Below are positions 1 to 9,094 of a DNA stretch of 29,563 nucleotides, piece after piece. Each line of letters opens with the position of its first letter. Positions within the stretch are counted from its first letter, which is position 1. Made by a program: the position numbers and the translations under genes. The notes beneath the pieces were generated by a model. The model was given only the letters and a program-made list of their open reading frames with translations. It did not search any database and was not told where the DNA came from. Source of the DNA: a virus (Duplodnaviria > Caudoviricetes); IMG/VR virus record IMGVR_UViG_3300043220_000103, positions 1 to 29,563 of that record, one strand, 5' to 3'.

Positions 1-919
1 CGCTACCAAGCACGATTACCGCTTTCGGCTCGAGCCCATCCATTGAGAGAAGTCGCATGTCTGTGACACAGCCCAAAAACTTCCAATTGCTAGTAGTAGC
101 GCCCGGAGCATCGCTGTCCCAATACGGAACCAAGATAGGGGCCAAAGGCGTTCGAAGGTTGAAACTGTTCTGCCCCCCGAAGAACAAAGCATTCAGCATA
201 TTGTCGTCCGTGTCCTGGTCGAATGCCCACCCATGGAGATCCCGCCAGCCAGGGGCGCCGGACGTGAAAGCATTGTCCATTCGAACGTACGAGACCGTTT
301 GCGACGACTGCGAGCTGTCAAATTGGAATGGAGTGTGGAACCTCTCGAAACCGTCGATGTACGTCGAGGTGACGTACTGCCCGCCATCATACGTTCCGGA
401 CTTTTCGATCGTGCCGAAAGCGATATGCCAAAATGTGTTCGTTGTCCCTTCAACCCACCCATGGATGTACCGGGAGCCGTCCGTGTTCTGCCCACTATAT
501 AGGCTATAGGCAATGTGTGACCCGCTAAATCCAAGATCGATGCTGTGCCCAGCAAGAGCGCCGCCATGTCCCATTTGAACTGTTTCGGCACGAGAACTCG
601 AAGCCGCGGGTGATCCCGTGTGAGCCCAGAACTGGGCACCGACGCCGCTATCCCCTGTGCTGGGACAAATCTTGATTTCCGCGCGGTCCGCCGGGGTGTT
701 GTGTGCGACGAAGTTGAACTGCGCATCCTCCACGCCCGGCAAAGTCGCTCCGGGATCTAGAATGCTGGATTGCGCGCCGGATGTATCTTGCTCGACCGGA
801 ACGCCAGCAGCTGCTGCGCCATTCGTGCGAACAGAAGTCCACCCGCTCAGAACGGCGAACGTCACAATCTTATCAAGGAAATCTTGCGGGGATGTCGAAA
901 CGCCTGTCTCGTATGCCAA
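1..919 (-). CDS. Virion tail structural protein (partial, runs off the window start)
   Basis: Not in the ORF track because it has no stop in the window. TTG start at 919 follows a GGAG RBS; it reads MAYETGVSTSPQDFLDKIVTFAVLSGW... open to base 2. It lies downstream of the TMP and resembles the upstream gene (MAFVTG...). Confidence 0.8.
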   Translation of the reverse strand, partial: MAYETGVSTSPQDFLDKIVTFAVLSGWTSVRTNGAAAAGVPVEQDTSGAQSSILDPGATLPGVEDAQFNFVAHNTPADRAEIKICPSTGDSGVGAQFWAHTGSPAASSSRAETVQMGHGGALAGHSIDLGFSGSHIAYSLYSGQNTDGSRYIHGWVEGTTNTFWHIAFGTIEKSGTYDGGQYVTSTYIDGFERFHTPFQFDSSQSSQTVSYVRMDNAFTSGAPGWRDLHGWAFDQDTDDNMLNALFFGGQNSFNLRTPLAPILVPYWDSDAPGATTSNWKFLGCVTDMRLLSMDGLEPKAVIVLGS

Positions 920-928
920 GGTCTACTC

Positions 929-2230
929 CTACGAAAGTCGAAGAGCCCAGAACGATGTCCGAACTGAGTCATTGAAGTTGCTCACCACGAGATAGTCTTG
1001 CCCTGAAATGGTGATGATCGTCTGTGCTGCTTGATTTGTGCCCGTGACCATGAAGCATCCTTCGGGCACGCCATATGCTTCTGTCGCCAATGGGTCAACA
1101 GAACCGATACCACTTTTGACGTAGCAGATGGGGAATATAAAATGATCCCCGCTATCCAGGTTCTCGTGTCCGTCCCAAACGTTCTTGGAGAATCCTAGAA
1201 CATCTGTGTTGATCATGGGCCATGCTGCGACATCATCGTTCGGCCCGAAATCCGCCCACGTACCTCCAGGCAATCGAAGCTCCCCGTTACCGATCGAATT
1301 CGCGAAATAGATCCCATGCGATCGTGTTCCGGGACTGTTGAACGCAAAGGCACCTGACCCTTCCGCTATAATTGCCATCGGGTAAGCCCATTCGGCCGGA
1401 GTGGCGTATGGCAAAATGAATCCTTGGTACATGCTGTTCATTGAGCCGAGTGCGTCATGGACTACTACGTAACGCCGAGAATTCAGAACGAACCAATACT
1501 CTTCATCCAGATTCGTGTGCGCTGTGTAGATTAGAAAATCATTCACACCTGACTGAGAATCCCAATTGGCGGTTGGACTGAAGCCCGTGTATCCGCGGAG
1601 CCTCCAGTTCCATTGCTGACTGGCCGGGGTTTCGGAAAACAAAATACCAGCATAAATCGCATCCGTACCCGATCCTGTCCCATGCCAAATGAGCGCGCCA
1701 GTTGTTCCGATTGTGCTCGTGTTATTGATAGGCGCGTAGGTATCCGTGCCCCCGCCTGAACCAGCCTGAGATTGAGTGAAGGGGCTCCACCGATCAAGCA
1801 CCCAGCGATCCGCCGAGGGGAGGGTATTCAACGTAACTGGGATGGTCCACGCGTCTGAAGCGATGAACGCCACGCCACCTACAGCGATCGTGAAGGAGAT
1901 CAGAGATGTGATCGGATCCCCGCTCGTGGTGTAGTTCGTCCCTACCGTCCCTGCGGATTGCGCGCCGCTAATTGATCCCGTTACCGTGAAATTCGTTGCG
2001 TCTATAAACGCGATCGTCCACGTTTCGGCGGGGCCTCCGACGCCCCCGGCATCCAAGTCGTCGATCGTTCCGTCCCCTGTTCCGGCGTAGGCCACGGCGC
2101 CGATGAGGGGTCGACCAGTTCCGTATTGGACCAGTCGTCGATACATGGCGTGATGCGCGTCCTGCTGCACGACCTGATTCGTGTTCTGACGCCATATCGT
2201 GGCCGAAGTGTTCCCCGTGACGAAAGCCAT
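929..2230 (-). CDS. Virion tail/baseplate structural protein (YuA/M6-like post-TMP protein)
   Basis: 433 aa, Gly/Thr/Ser- and aromatic-rich. Its start overlaps the TMP stop (TAATG). Function inferred from position. Confidence 0.75.
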   Translation of the reverse strand: MAFVTGNTSATIWRQNTNQVVQQDAHHAMYRRLVQYGTGRPLIGAVAYAGTGDGTIDDLDAGGVGGPAETWTIAFIDATNFTVTGSISGAQSAGTVGTNYTTSGDPITSLISFTIAVGGVAFIASDAWTIPVTLNTLPSADRWVLDRWSPFTQSQAGSGGGTDTYAPINNTSTIGTTGALIWHGTGSGTDAIYAGILFSETPASQQWNWRLRGYTGFSPTANWDSQSGVNDFLIYTAHTNLDEEYWFVLNSRRYVVVHDALGSMNSMYQGFILPYATPAEWAYPMAIIAEGSGAFAFNSPGTRSHGIYFANSIGNGELRLPGGTWADFGPNDDVAAWPMINTDVLGFSKNVWDGHENLDSGDHFIFPICYVKSGIGSVDPLATEAYGVPEGCFMVTGTNQAAQTIITISGQDYLVVSNFNDSVRTSFWALRLS

Positions 2231-5200
2231 TACGAGATGATCGCTTTCAGCTTGGCAGAATTCCGTTGCATCACATTCATGATCGCGGCCTCCGAGTCTC
2301 TTGAGTTCAACGCTTCCGGTATAGACGCCGGGTCGTCGACGTTGACGACCTGTACGTTCACCGGGGGCGGTGCGGCCATTGCGCCGAGGGTTTCGTTAGG
2401 CACAATTTGCCCACTTGACGGGGGAACGAACATCTCCGGCCCCCGCTCGCCGACGAGGAACGCTTGATTCGGATTGACCGCGCCGCCGCTTGCCTTACCC
2501 CCACCGAAGAAGCTACCAATACCACCACCAGCACCGCCAAGCGCCGAAAGCGCCTTCATGATGAGTATTCGAGTGATCACCTTCTGGATCTCTTTGATCG
2601 CTCCGCTTGCGAAGTCCTTGAAGCTGAATTTACCAGTCTGGACGAACTTGTCGATGGCACTGAGCCCCTGATCGAGAATGTTCTTAGTCGCGTCACGCAC
2701 GAGAGTGAACTCATTCCCCAGGCTCTCACCGAATCCGGCGAATCCCTCTCGTACCCCGGTAGTGAGCGCCTCCGTGCCCGTAAGCGTATTATTAAATTCC
2801 CGCATATTGAGCAGGGCTTCCATGGTCTTGTCGCGCACCAAGCCCTGCGCGGCTGCGAGCTGATCCAGGCTGATTGCGCCGACTTCTGCCGCAGTAGCGA
2901 GAGATTGAAGCTGCTGTTCCTGCTGAGCGTATGCCGCGGACACCGGATCGACTTTGTTCTTGAGTTCGGTGAATGTCTTCTCTCCGAGCTGCCTCAGGAT
3001 GACATCTGACTGCTGCTGTGAGATGACGCCTTCATTGACCGCCAGGTTCAGATCGCGCTGCGCATCCGCAAGCGCCTGCTGCGACGGCGTCAGCCCGTTC
3101 ACCGACTGCCGCAGCCCATCGACGATGTTCTTGAGCCGCTCCTGCTCCCTCGTCAACTCTGCTACAGCCGCTGCGCCTGCCGTCGTTGCGGCCGGATCAA
3201 CCCCACCAGCGGCCGGGGCCCCTCCTGGAGCAGCATCGGCTCGACCGGTGGTTCGCTCAGCTGCGCGTTGAATGATGTCGCTTGTGCCAAGTAGCTCGCT
3301 TGCCTTTATCCCGCTCATCTCTTCGCGAGTGATGCGGGTGATCTCAGCACCGAGACCGTCCAAGGGACGAACAATGTTCGATCTGATGATTTCACCAAGG
3401 CGCACGCCAGCGTTGCCTGGATCAGCAATCAGACGGGGAAGCTCACGAATCAAATCCACTAGCGTGACAAAAGGTGACTGAATAACGTCCACCAGACGGT
3501 TGAAAATCAACGATATGACGCGAGCCATGATGTTCGCGCCAACCACCATGTCGTCGTAAGCCTTGAGGATCTTTACGCCCAGTGAGAGATTCGCCTCGGC
3601 CTCCTCGAGCTTTCTGAGCGCTTCGAAACCTGCGTCTCCAGCCTCTTCGGCCGCCTCGGTACCCGATTCAAAGAATCCCTTGATGTCTCCCCAGACGGTT
3701 GCGGTGATATCTCGAAGCGTGGTTTGGGATTGCCCGAATGAAATGACGTCGTCTCGCGCCGATATGAGCGCAGCGCCCATAGCCACAATAGCAATGGCTG
3801 CTACACCAACAAAACCAAGCGCAATGACGGCTTTGCCCGCGGAGACGGCCACGGCGCGCAATCCGGCAGCGAGAGCAAATGCGGCAGTCCTCATGCCCGC
3901 CATGCCGATCGCGAGTTGCTGCACGATTCCTAGCCGGAGCAAAGCTCCAGTGGCGACGACTGCAGACTTACTCAGGCCGATGAGAACGGCCACCCCTTCG
4001 ACCGCGGCGAGGCGGGCGAAGTTGGCCATAGCGAATGAAACTCCGGCGATGCCAAGCGCAAGCACACCAAAAGCAGTCCCGGCTCCGAGGATGGCGCCGA
4101 TGAGTTGCTGTATCGGTTTGGGCAGGGCAGCGAGTATGCGGAACGCATCCCTCGCGCGTCGAACCAAGAATTCGAGTGGCCCGAGCAGCGTGTCGCCAAT
4201 CGAAATGCCGGCGCCTTGGACCGCGGAACTCAATTCGCGCAGCGCGCCGTTGAACCCCTTGAGGACCGTGTCGGCCGCGTCCTGCGCCGCGCCTTCGAAG
4301 TCACCAATCTTCTTGACGAGTACGTCGATTTTATCGCCTTGCGAGATCAGCGCGCCGATCGCACGCGAACCCTGCTCCGTGAAGATGTCGCCGATCCGCG
4401 TTGCCCGTGTAACGTCAGATAGGCCTTTGGTGGCTTCGCGCAGGTCTGCGACTACTGTCAAAAGGCCCCGGAACTTGCCCGCGCCGTCGAACACCTCGAC
4501 ACCGAGTTTCTCCAAGGCTGCCTTTGCCTTCGGAGTCTGCTCAGTCAAGTTGCTAAGCATGCGCTGGAGACCACGACCTGTACGGGTTGCCGGGAACCCC
4601 GCATTGGCCAGTGCCCCAAGGGCGACGTTGACCTCGAGAAAGTCGATTCCGAGCTGGCGCGCTTTCGGTGCCACGAAGCTGAACGCATCCCCCAGCCCCT
4701 GGATACCGGCCTGGGTGGATTGCGCGGTCCGAGTCAGGATATCGGCCGCTTCGCCGATCTTGTCCACGCTGAGGCCGAAACCCGCGATAATCGTAGTGAC
4801 GATCTTCGCCGACACCCCAAGCTCCAGGCTGCCCGCGGCAGCGAGGTTCAGGGCGGGCGTAATGGCCCCCAGCTGCGTTTCGATGCTGAGTCCGGCCTTG
4901 GATAGCAACTCGAAGCCATCGGCCGCCTGACTGGCGCTGAAGGCCGTCTGAATGCCGAGCTGCTCTGCAGCATCTTTCACCGTGACCATCTGTTCGGCTG
5001 TGGCCCTGGAGACGTTCTGGACGCGGTTGAGTGAGGCCTCGAAGTCGCCAGCGATCTTCACGGCCGCTACCAAGGGGAGGCCAAAAGCGACCGTCACAGC
5101 GGCTCCTGCGACGGCTGCGGCCGACGAGAGCGCATTGAGGCTGGTGGCCGCTCTGAGCGCCCCTACGTTCAGCCTACCGGCCCCTACAGCGCCTGCTGTG

Positions 5201-5367
5201 AACTGAGCTGCGCTGGTGGCCGCTGTGGCCCCCGCACGCCGCGTGCTGCCGTTGAGCTTGTTTAGAGCGACAGAGCCGGATTGAGCAGCGATGCTGATCT
5301 TCGCCAGGTCCCTGGCGACGGTCCGCGCGCCTCGCGCTCGTACGACAATGTCAAGAATCTCAGCCAA
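2230..5367 (-). CDS. Tail tape measure protein
   Basis: 1045 aa, Ala/Gly-rich, with a TP901-type core (FEASLNRVQNVS...TAFSASQAADGFELLSKAGLS), a hydrophobic middle and the C-terminal GGAVNPNQAFLVGERGPEMFVP motif. Confidence 0.95.
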   Translation of the reverse strand: MAEILDIVVRARGARTVARDLAKISIAAQSGSVALNKLNGSTRRAGATAATSAAQFTAGAVGAGRLNVGALRAATSLNALSSAAAVAGAAVTVAFGLPLVAAVKIAGDFEASLNRVQNVSRATAEQMVTVKDAAEQLGIQTAFSASQAADGFELLSKAGLSIETQLGAITPALNLAAAGSLELGVSAKIVTTIIAGFGLSVDKIGEAADILTRTAQSTQAGIQGLGDAFSFVAPKARQLGIDFLEVNVALGALANAGFPATRTGRGLQRMLSNLTEQTPKAKAALEKLGVEVFDGAGKFRGLLTVVADLREATKGLSDVTRATRIGDIFTEQGSRAIGALISQGDKIDVLVKKIGDFEGAAQDAADTVLKGFNGALRELSSAVQGAGISIGDTLLGPLEFLVRRARDAFRILAALPKPIQQLIGAILGAGTAFGVLALGIAGVSFAMANFARLAAVEGVAVLIGLSKSAVVATGALLRLGIVQQLAIGMAGMRTAAFALAAGLRAVAVSAGKAVIALGFVGVAAIAIVAMGAALISARDDVISFGQSQTTLRDITATVWGDIKGFFESGTEAAEEAGDAGFEALRKLEEAEANLSLGVKILKAYDDMVVGANIMARVISLIFNRLVDVIQSPFVTLVDLIRELPRLIADPGNAGVRLGEIIRSNIVRPLDGLGAEITRITREEMSGIKASELLGTSDIIQRAAERTTGRADAAPGGAPAAGGVDPAATTAGAAAVAELTREQERLKNIVDGLRQSVNGLTPSQQALADAQRDLNLAVNEGVISQQQSDVILRQLGEKTFTELKNKVDPVSAAYAQQEQQLQSLATAAEVGAISLDQLAAAQGLVRDKTMEALLNMREFNNTLTGTEALTTGVREGFAGFGESLGNEFTLVRDATKNILDQGLSAIDKFVQTGKFSFKDFASGAIKEIQKVITRILIMKALSALGGAGGGIGSFFGGGKASGGAVNPNQAFLVGERGPEMFVPPSSGQIVPNETLGAMAAPPPVNVQVVNVDDPASIPEALNSRDSEAAIMNVMQRNSAKLKAIIS

Positions 5368-5790
5368 TCAGACGTTCCTCCGACGCTTCAATACCCGCCC
5401 ACGCTCGATCGCGCGCATCCCTGCGCTCTTCGACTCGGCCACAAAGCCCGCAGGGGCCTGAGACGAGCTGCCGGCATCCAATTTCTCCAGATACGGGACT
5501 TTCTGACCGCCGTTCGCGATGTGGATTTCGGTTTCTGAGTCAATGCCCTTGACGCTCGCCGTGATGTCAGCGACGGTCTCGCTCTCAGAGCGAATAGATC
5601 GAACGCTGAGATCTGGGGAGTCGGGACTCGCGACCCAGTTTGATCGCGCGAGCGCAGTATCGACCGGCGTGGTCTTCACCAGCTTCTTGCCGATGGCCAC
5701 TGCAGCCTTCGCCTTGATGTCAGCTACGTTAGAGGTAACTCCCCTTGCCAGGGCTTCCATGCGGCGGGCGAACACCTTTGGGCTTGCCAT
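5368..5790 (-). CDS. Neck/tail completion protein (HK97 gp10-like)
   Basis: Motifs TPVDTALARSNW and N...PYLEKLDAGSSSQAPAGFV are typical of this family. Confidence 0.8.
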   Translation of the reverse strand: MASPKVFARRMEALARGVTSNVADIKAKAAVAIGKKLVKTTPVDTALARSNWVASPDSPDLSVRSIRSESETVADITASVKGIDSETEIHIANGGQKVPYLEKLDAGSSSQAPAGFVAESKSAGMRAIERGRVLKRRRNV

Positions 5791-6141
5791 TCTTCAACTC
5801 CCGAGTCCGTCTCTCCGCCTGATCCTTCAAAAACTCTTCATCCATCTCTCGAATCAAGTGCATGAAGTCTTCGTAGAGGATCGAATCCGATCCGTATCCG
5901 TTCTGGTACGCGTAGCCGTTCATGACCTGCCAAGGAATGGGGCCGGCGCCCGCCATGTGAATTTGACGAGCAGACCCGAGGATCCAGAAGGCCGAGATGA
6001 ACTGTTCGAGATACTCGTCGAGGAGCGGTTGCTGAAGGTGCTCGGGAATCGGCTTTCCGCGCAGCCGATAGTTCTCTCGCAGCAACTCACCATCCTTGGC
6101 GTAGGTGAGCTGCCACGAAAGAAAATCCCTCAGCTTTTTGC
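5729..6141 (-). CDS. Tail assembly chaperone C-terminal extension (gpT-like, -1 frame)
   Basis: Open -1 frame overlapping the chaperone stop with no good start of its own. The AFWILGSARQ...GPIPW motif resembles GT-type extensions. Confidence 0.75.
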
Positions 6142-6543
6142 GTCTTCTTCTCGCGACTCGACGACGAAGTTCGTGAAGGAAGTCGCCTGCGTGCGGATGT
6201 CCGCAAACAGCTCGGGGAGATCGATGAGAAGCTTCTTGACGTTGTCCTGGGTGAACTCCAGCTCTTCGCCGTCGCTGCCCTTGACGTTGTTCCACCCGAG
6301 CACAACCGTCTCCGCGAAGGCTTCCGCCATCAGCCGATTCGCGACGTCGTCGTCCATCGTCCCGTTCTGCATCTGCATGCGATACGGCCGCATCAGCGCC
6401 TGGAAGCGCGTCTGGAATTTCGTATTCGATCCGCCCGCGCGGGCGATCACGATCGTACCCGCCTCTCCGTAATCGAGGGCGATGCCATTCTTCTCCAGGG
6501 TGGAGTCGGTCGCGAACATTTCGTAGAAACTTGACTTTGACAT
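6130..6543 (-). CDS. Tail assembly chaperone (gpG-like)
   Basis: True start MSKSSFYEMFATD at 6543 after an AAGGA RBS. Motifs IARAGGSN and VLGWNNV; lies between the tail tube gene and the TMP. Confidence 0.85.
   Translation of the reverse strand: MSKSSFYEMFATDSTLEKNGIALDYGEAGTIVIARAGGSNTKFQTRFQALMRPYRMQMQNGTMDDDVANRLMAEAFAETVVLGWNNVKGSDGEELEFTQDNVKKLLIDLPELFADIRTQATSFTNFVVESREEDAKS
6134..6141 (-). other. Predicted -1 ribosomal frameshift site GCAAAAAG
   Basis: Frame 0 reads GCA AAA AGC TGA; the -1 frame reads AAA AAG CTG AGG... into the 5729-6141 frame. Confidence 0.7.
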
Positions 6544-6575
6544 GGGGGTTTCCTTTCGATTGAGGTTGTGAAATC

Positions 6576-6651
6576 TGGCTCCGCGGGGAGGGCTCGAACC
6601 TCCGACATCCGGTTTAACAGATCGGCGCTCTACCAACTGAGCTACCGCGGA
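6576..6651 (-). tRNA. trnN: tRNA-Asn(GTT) with encoded CCA
   Basis: 76 nt: TCCGCGG TA GCTCAGTTGGTAGAGC G CCGAT CTGTTAA ACCGG ATGTC GGAGG TTCGAGC CCTCC CCGCGGA G CCA. Perfect acceptor and T stems, G73 discriminator, one A-C mismatch in the anticodon stem. Confidence 0.95.
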
Positions 6652-6659
6652 ACAAAGAA

Positions 6660-6717
6660 CGCGACCGAATCCCGTACTCTTCGGTCGCGCGACCATTCGA
6701 CGAGTACGCGTTGAATG
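6660..6717. ncRNA. Candidate structured RNA: two hairpins with complementary loops
   Basis: Stems CGCGACCGAA/TTCGGTCGCG and CATTCGAC/GTTGAATG. Loop CGTACTC (6673-6679) is the exact reverse complement of loop GAGTACG (6702-6708). Confidence 0.5.
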
Positions 6718-6720
6718 ACC

Positions 6721-6749
6721 AAAAAGGCCGGGGAGCACGCTCCCCGGCC
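6721..6749 (-). terminator. Intrinsic terminator after the major tail gene
   Basis: GGCCGGGGAGC-GT-GCTCCCCGGCC-TTTTT just after tandem TAG TAG stops. Confidence 0.85.
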
Positions 6750-6756
6750 GGACCTA

Positions 6757-8241
6757 CTACTGGACACCTCGGAACCGCAAGTACTTCGCGGTGTAGTTGA
6801 GGTTGGGCTCGCGGATCGCCTGATAGCCCAGGTTGATGGTGACGTCATCGTTCTTCCCGGGCACTTCCGGCGAGCCCTCGGAGAACTTGATGCGCGGGGC
6901 ATCGAAGATGATGACGTGAGCGCTGTCGTCTTCCAGGCGGAAGTCGAACGACGTCTCGGTGTTGCTGACCACATCGCGCGCGAGCGCGGCGCTGTCGAAG
7001 TAGGTGTTCAGCGAGCCGGTCAATCCGAACTCGCCGACGCCGATGTCCACCGCACCGAGGAACCCGACCGCTATGAGCTGGCGAAGGTTGTTCGCCACTT
7101 CGATACTCGCTTCGAGCACGAAGTTCTCACCCGTGATCGGAGTCCCACCGCGAGCGAAGCGCCCCACGTTCGAAGACGTGTTGAGCACCTGGCGCGACGG
7201 AGCCGGGACCGTGGTCGCGCCGGTAATGCGGCCCGCGCCGTCCACACTGAACTTCGCGGTCGGCGTACCCGAATCGGAGAACGTCTGATCGAGACCGCTG
7301 AAGGTGAAGCTCACCTGAGCGATGGCCTGTGCGGCGGCCGTGAGTGTGAACCCTTCGATCACCATCCCGAGGAAGTACTCGAAGGTGACGGGCGAATGGT
7401 CGGTGTACTCCCGCTCGAGGAAATAGCTCTGGCGGTTCGAGCCATTCACGAGCCGTTCCCCGAGATAGATGTCCACCGCGCCTGCCGGCGCGTCCGCGCC
7501 CCAGCCACTGGGCACGATGTCAAACGTCAGGAGATTCGCCGATATTCCTGCGAACGCGATGCGGCAGTAGTCGTCATTGTCCGGGTTGCCATCGAATCCA
7601 GCGAACTTCACCCAATCCCCGGCTTCGAGCCCGAGCGTGGTGAAATTGAGGATCGTGGAGCTGATGCTGTTCGGCCCGGTCAAGGCGTCGATGTCTCCCG
7701 CGGCGCTGCGTCGACCAACCACGTAGGACGTTGCGCCCGCAGGCGGAGTCTCGTCCACGAGGTTCTCGTTCGTCACGTAGTCCGTCGCGGCACTCGAGGA
7801 CAAGACGGTGAAGAACCCGTTGTTCCCCGCGTTGCTGAAACCTTCGTGACGAATGATGTCGTCGACCACCGGCTGATCGCTCTCGTCGGTCACCGTGACC
7901 GTATCGGTCGCCGTGAGGACGTCCGTGATCTGTGTCTCGACCACGGTGTTCGTGCGGGCGAAGCGCGTCTGGAACAGGTTGAAGAACACCCCTTCCAGGA
8001 GAAGATCGTGAACCTCGAACGCGTGCTCCGAATTGATATCGCCCGACGCTTCCGCGCCTACCAAGACGAGGTCATCGATCTGTCGATCGGCCCGGATCTT
8101 TTCCGAGACGATTGTGTTGGGGTTGAACGCCAAGTTCGGCGCGCCCGTGATGTCGAGTTCGAAGAGATTCGGGGTAGTCGGAGCAACCCCGAGATCGCTT
8201 TCCTTTGCCGCGCGAATTGCGACTGCGTTGGTATCAGACAC
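6757..8241 (-). CDS. Major tail tube protein with an inserted domain
   Basis: 494 aa, GTG start after GGGAGG. Tail-tube motifs SEKIRADRQIDDL..VG..ASGDIN and G.FGLTGSLNTYFDS..L; followed by a terminator. Confidence 0.9.
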   Translation of the reverse strand: MSDTNAVAIRAAKESDLGVAPTTPNLFELDITGAPNLAFNPNTIVSEKIRADRQIDDLVLVGAEASGDINSEHAFEVHDLLLEGVFFNLFQTRFARTNTVVETQITDVLTATDTVTVTDESDQPVVDDIIRHEGFSNAGNNGFFTVLSSSAATDYVTNENLVDETPPAGATSYVVGRRSAAGDIDALTGPNSISSTILNFTTLGLEAGDWVKFAGFDGNPDNDDYCRIAFAGISANLLTFDIVPSGWGADAPAGAVDIYLGERLVNGSNRQSYFLEREYTDHSPVTFEYFLGMVIEGFTLTAAAQAIAQVSFTFSGLDQTFSDSGTPTAKFSVDGAGRITGATTVPAPSRQVLNTSSNVGRFARGGTPITGENFVLEASIEVANNLRQLIAVGFLGAVDIGVGEFGLTGSLNTYFDSAALARDVVSNTETSFDFRLEDDSAHVIIFDAPRIKFSEGSPEVPGKNDDVTINLGYQAIREPNLNYTAKYLRFRGVQ

Positions 8242-8262
8242 TGAAGTGTCCTCCCGTTTGTT

Positions 8263-8679
8263 TTAGGTCACTCGGTCGAAAGTGAAGTCTACTTCGACAT
8301 TGACCTGAGAATACTCACTGTCCATGCCCACCTCACGCGCGCCCGCATCCCGAAACCAGATATTGCCAATTGCGCCGGCATCCTCGAACGCCTCAACGAG
8401 AGCATTCGACACCTGATCGAGACTTTCCATCCCGGTACCTACCGGAGCGAAAATTTGAACGAAGACCCGCCCCGGTCGCCGGAACCGATGTCCCGATCCG
8501 AGCGAAGCCCTCGTTCCTTGAAATTTTCTGATATGCAGGCGGCCCCATAGCGCAGGGGTTTTGGGCCGTTGGCTGTCGAGATTGTCGTATTCGAGAGGGG
8601 CACTTGACGTCGCTGTATTCCAAGCGGCCAGCACAAACGCGCTGAGTTCGTCTCGTGCCTCAGTGAACGTGTTTGCCAT
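8263..8679 (-). CDS. Tail terminator-like protein
   Basis: Start MANTFTEARD overlaps the upstream stop (TGATG). Motif GRVFVQIFAPVGTG; immediately upstream of the tail tube gene. Confidence 0.75.
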   Translation of the reverse strand: MANTFTEARDELSAFVLAAWNTATSSAPLEYDNLDSQRPKTPALWGRLHIRKFQGTRASLGSGHRFRRPGRVFVQIFAPVGTGMESLDQVSNALVEAFEDAGAIGNIWFRDAGAREVGMDSEYSQVNVEVDFTFDRVT

Positions 8680-9092
8680 CAGCGTGAAATCCCCAGGAGG
8701 TAGACTATGGCGGTTGGGCCAGGCTTGATGAGCTTGACAGAGCTGATCGCCCACTCGGTCGAACCATCGATGAGGGTGTCTTCTATCGAGATGCCGTTAG
8801 GCACTGACTTCGCCGGGATCCACGCGTTCGTTTCGGCCTTCTCGATCGAGGTGCGATCTTCCACCGACAGCCCCTGAGAAATCTTGACCATCAGCTCTTC
8901 GAAAGTAGTCGCGCCCTCTTGGTCGAGGAACACGGCCTTCGCGGACACTGTCGTAGTGCTTGCCGTCCCATCTGTCTTCCAAGGGGTCGCGGGGTCGACC
9001 GGCGCGGGCACCACGGTCTTCACCGTCACCGCCCGGCCATTCTTGTTGATCAGCCTCTCGGCCAAGTCTGCGAAGTTGTCATGGATCGCCAT
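8679..9092 (-). CDS. Head-closure (stopper)/head-tail connector protein
   Basis: MAIHDNFADLAERLINKNGRAVTV... and C-terminal W.I.SVKLIKPG..IVY; position after the adaptor. Confidence 0.75.
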   Translation of the reverse strand: MAIHDNFADLAERLINKNGRAVTVKTVVPAPVDPATPWKTDGTASTTTVSAKAVFLDQEGATTFEELMVKISQGLSVEDRTSIEKAETNAWIPAKSVPNGISIEDTLIDGSTEWAISSVKLIKPGPTAIVYLLGISR

Positions 9093-9094
9093 CG

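Noticed and set aside
5368-5790. Neck gene displaced between chaperone and TMP as a novelty
   Set aside because: I recall the same order in YuA/M6-like siphoviruses, so it is not counted as new.
6576-6651. tRNA as an attP/attL/attR site
   Set aside because: No duplicated tRNA fragment or integrase is in the window, and phage genes continue on both sides.
6544-6738. N-terminal extension of the chaperone ORF in the track
   Set aside because: It runs through the terminator and the tRNA; the RBS-supported start is at 6543.
2464-8244. Long plus-strand ORFs (e.g. 3563-4930, 5519-6472, 6715-8244)
   Set aside because: These are antisense shadows of GC-rich minus-strand genes with no recognisable motifs.
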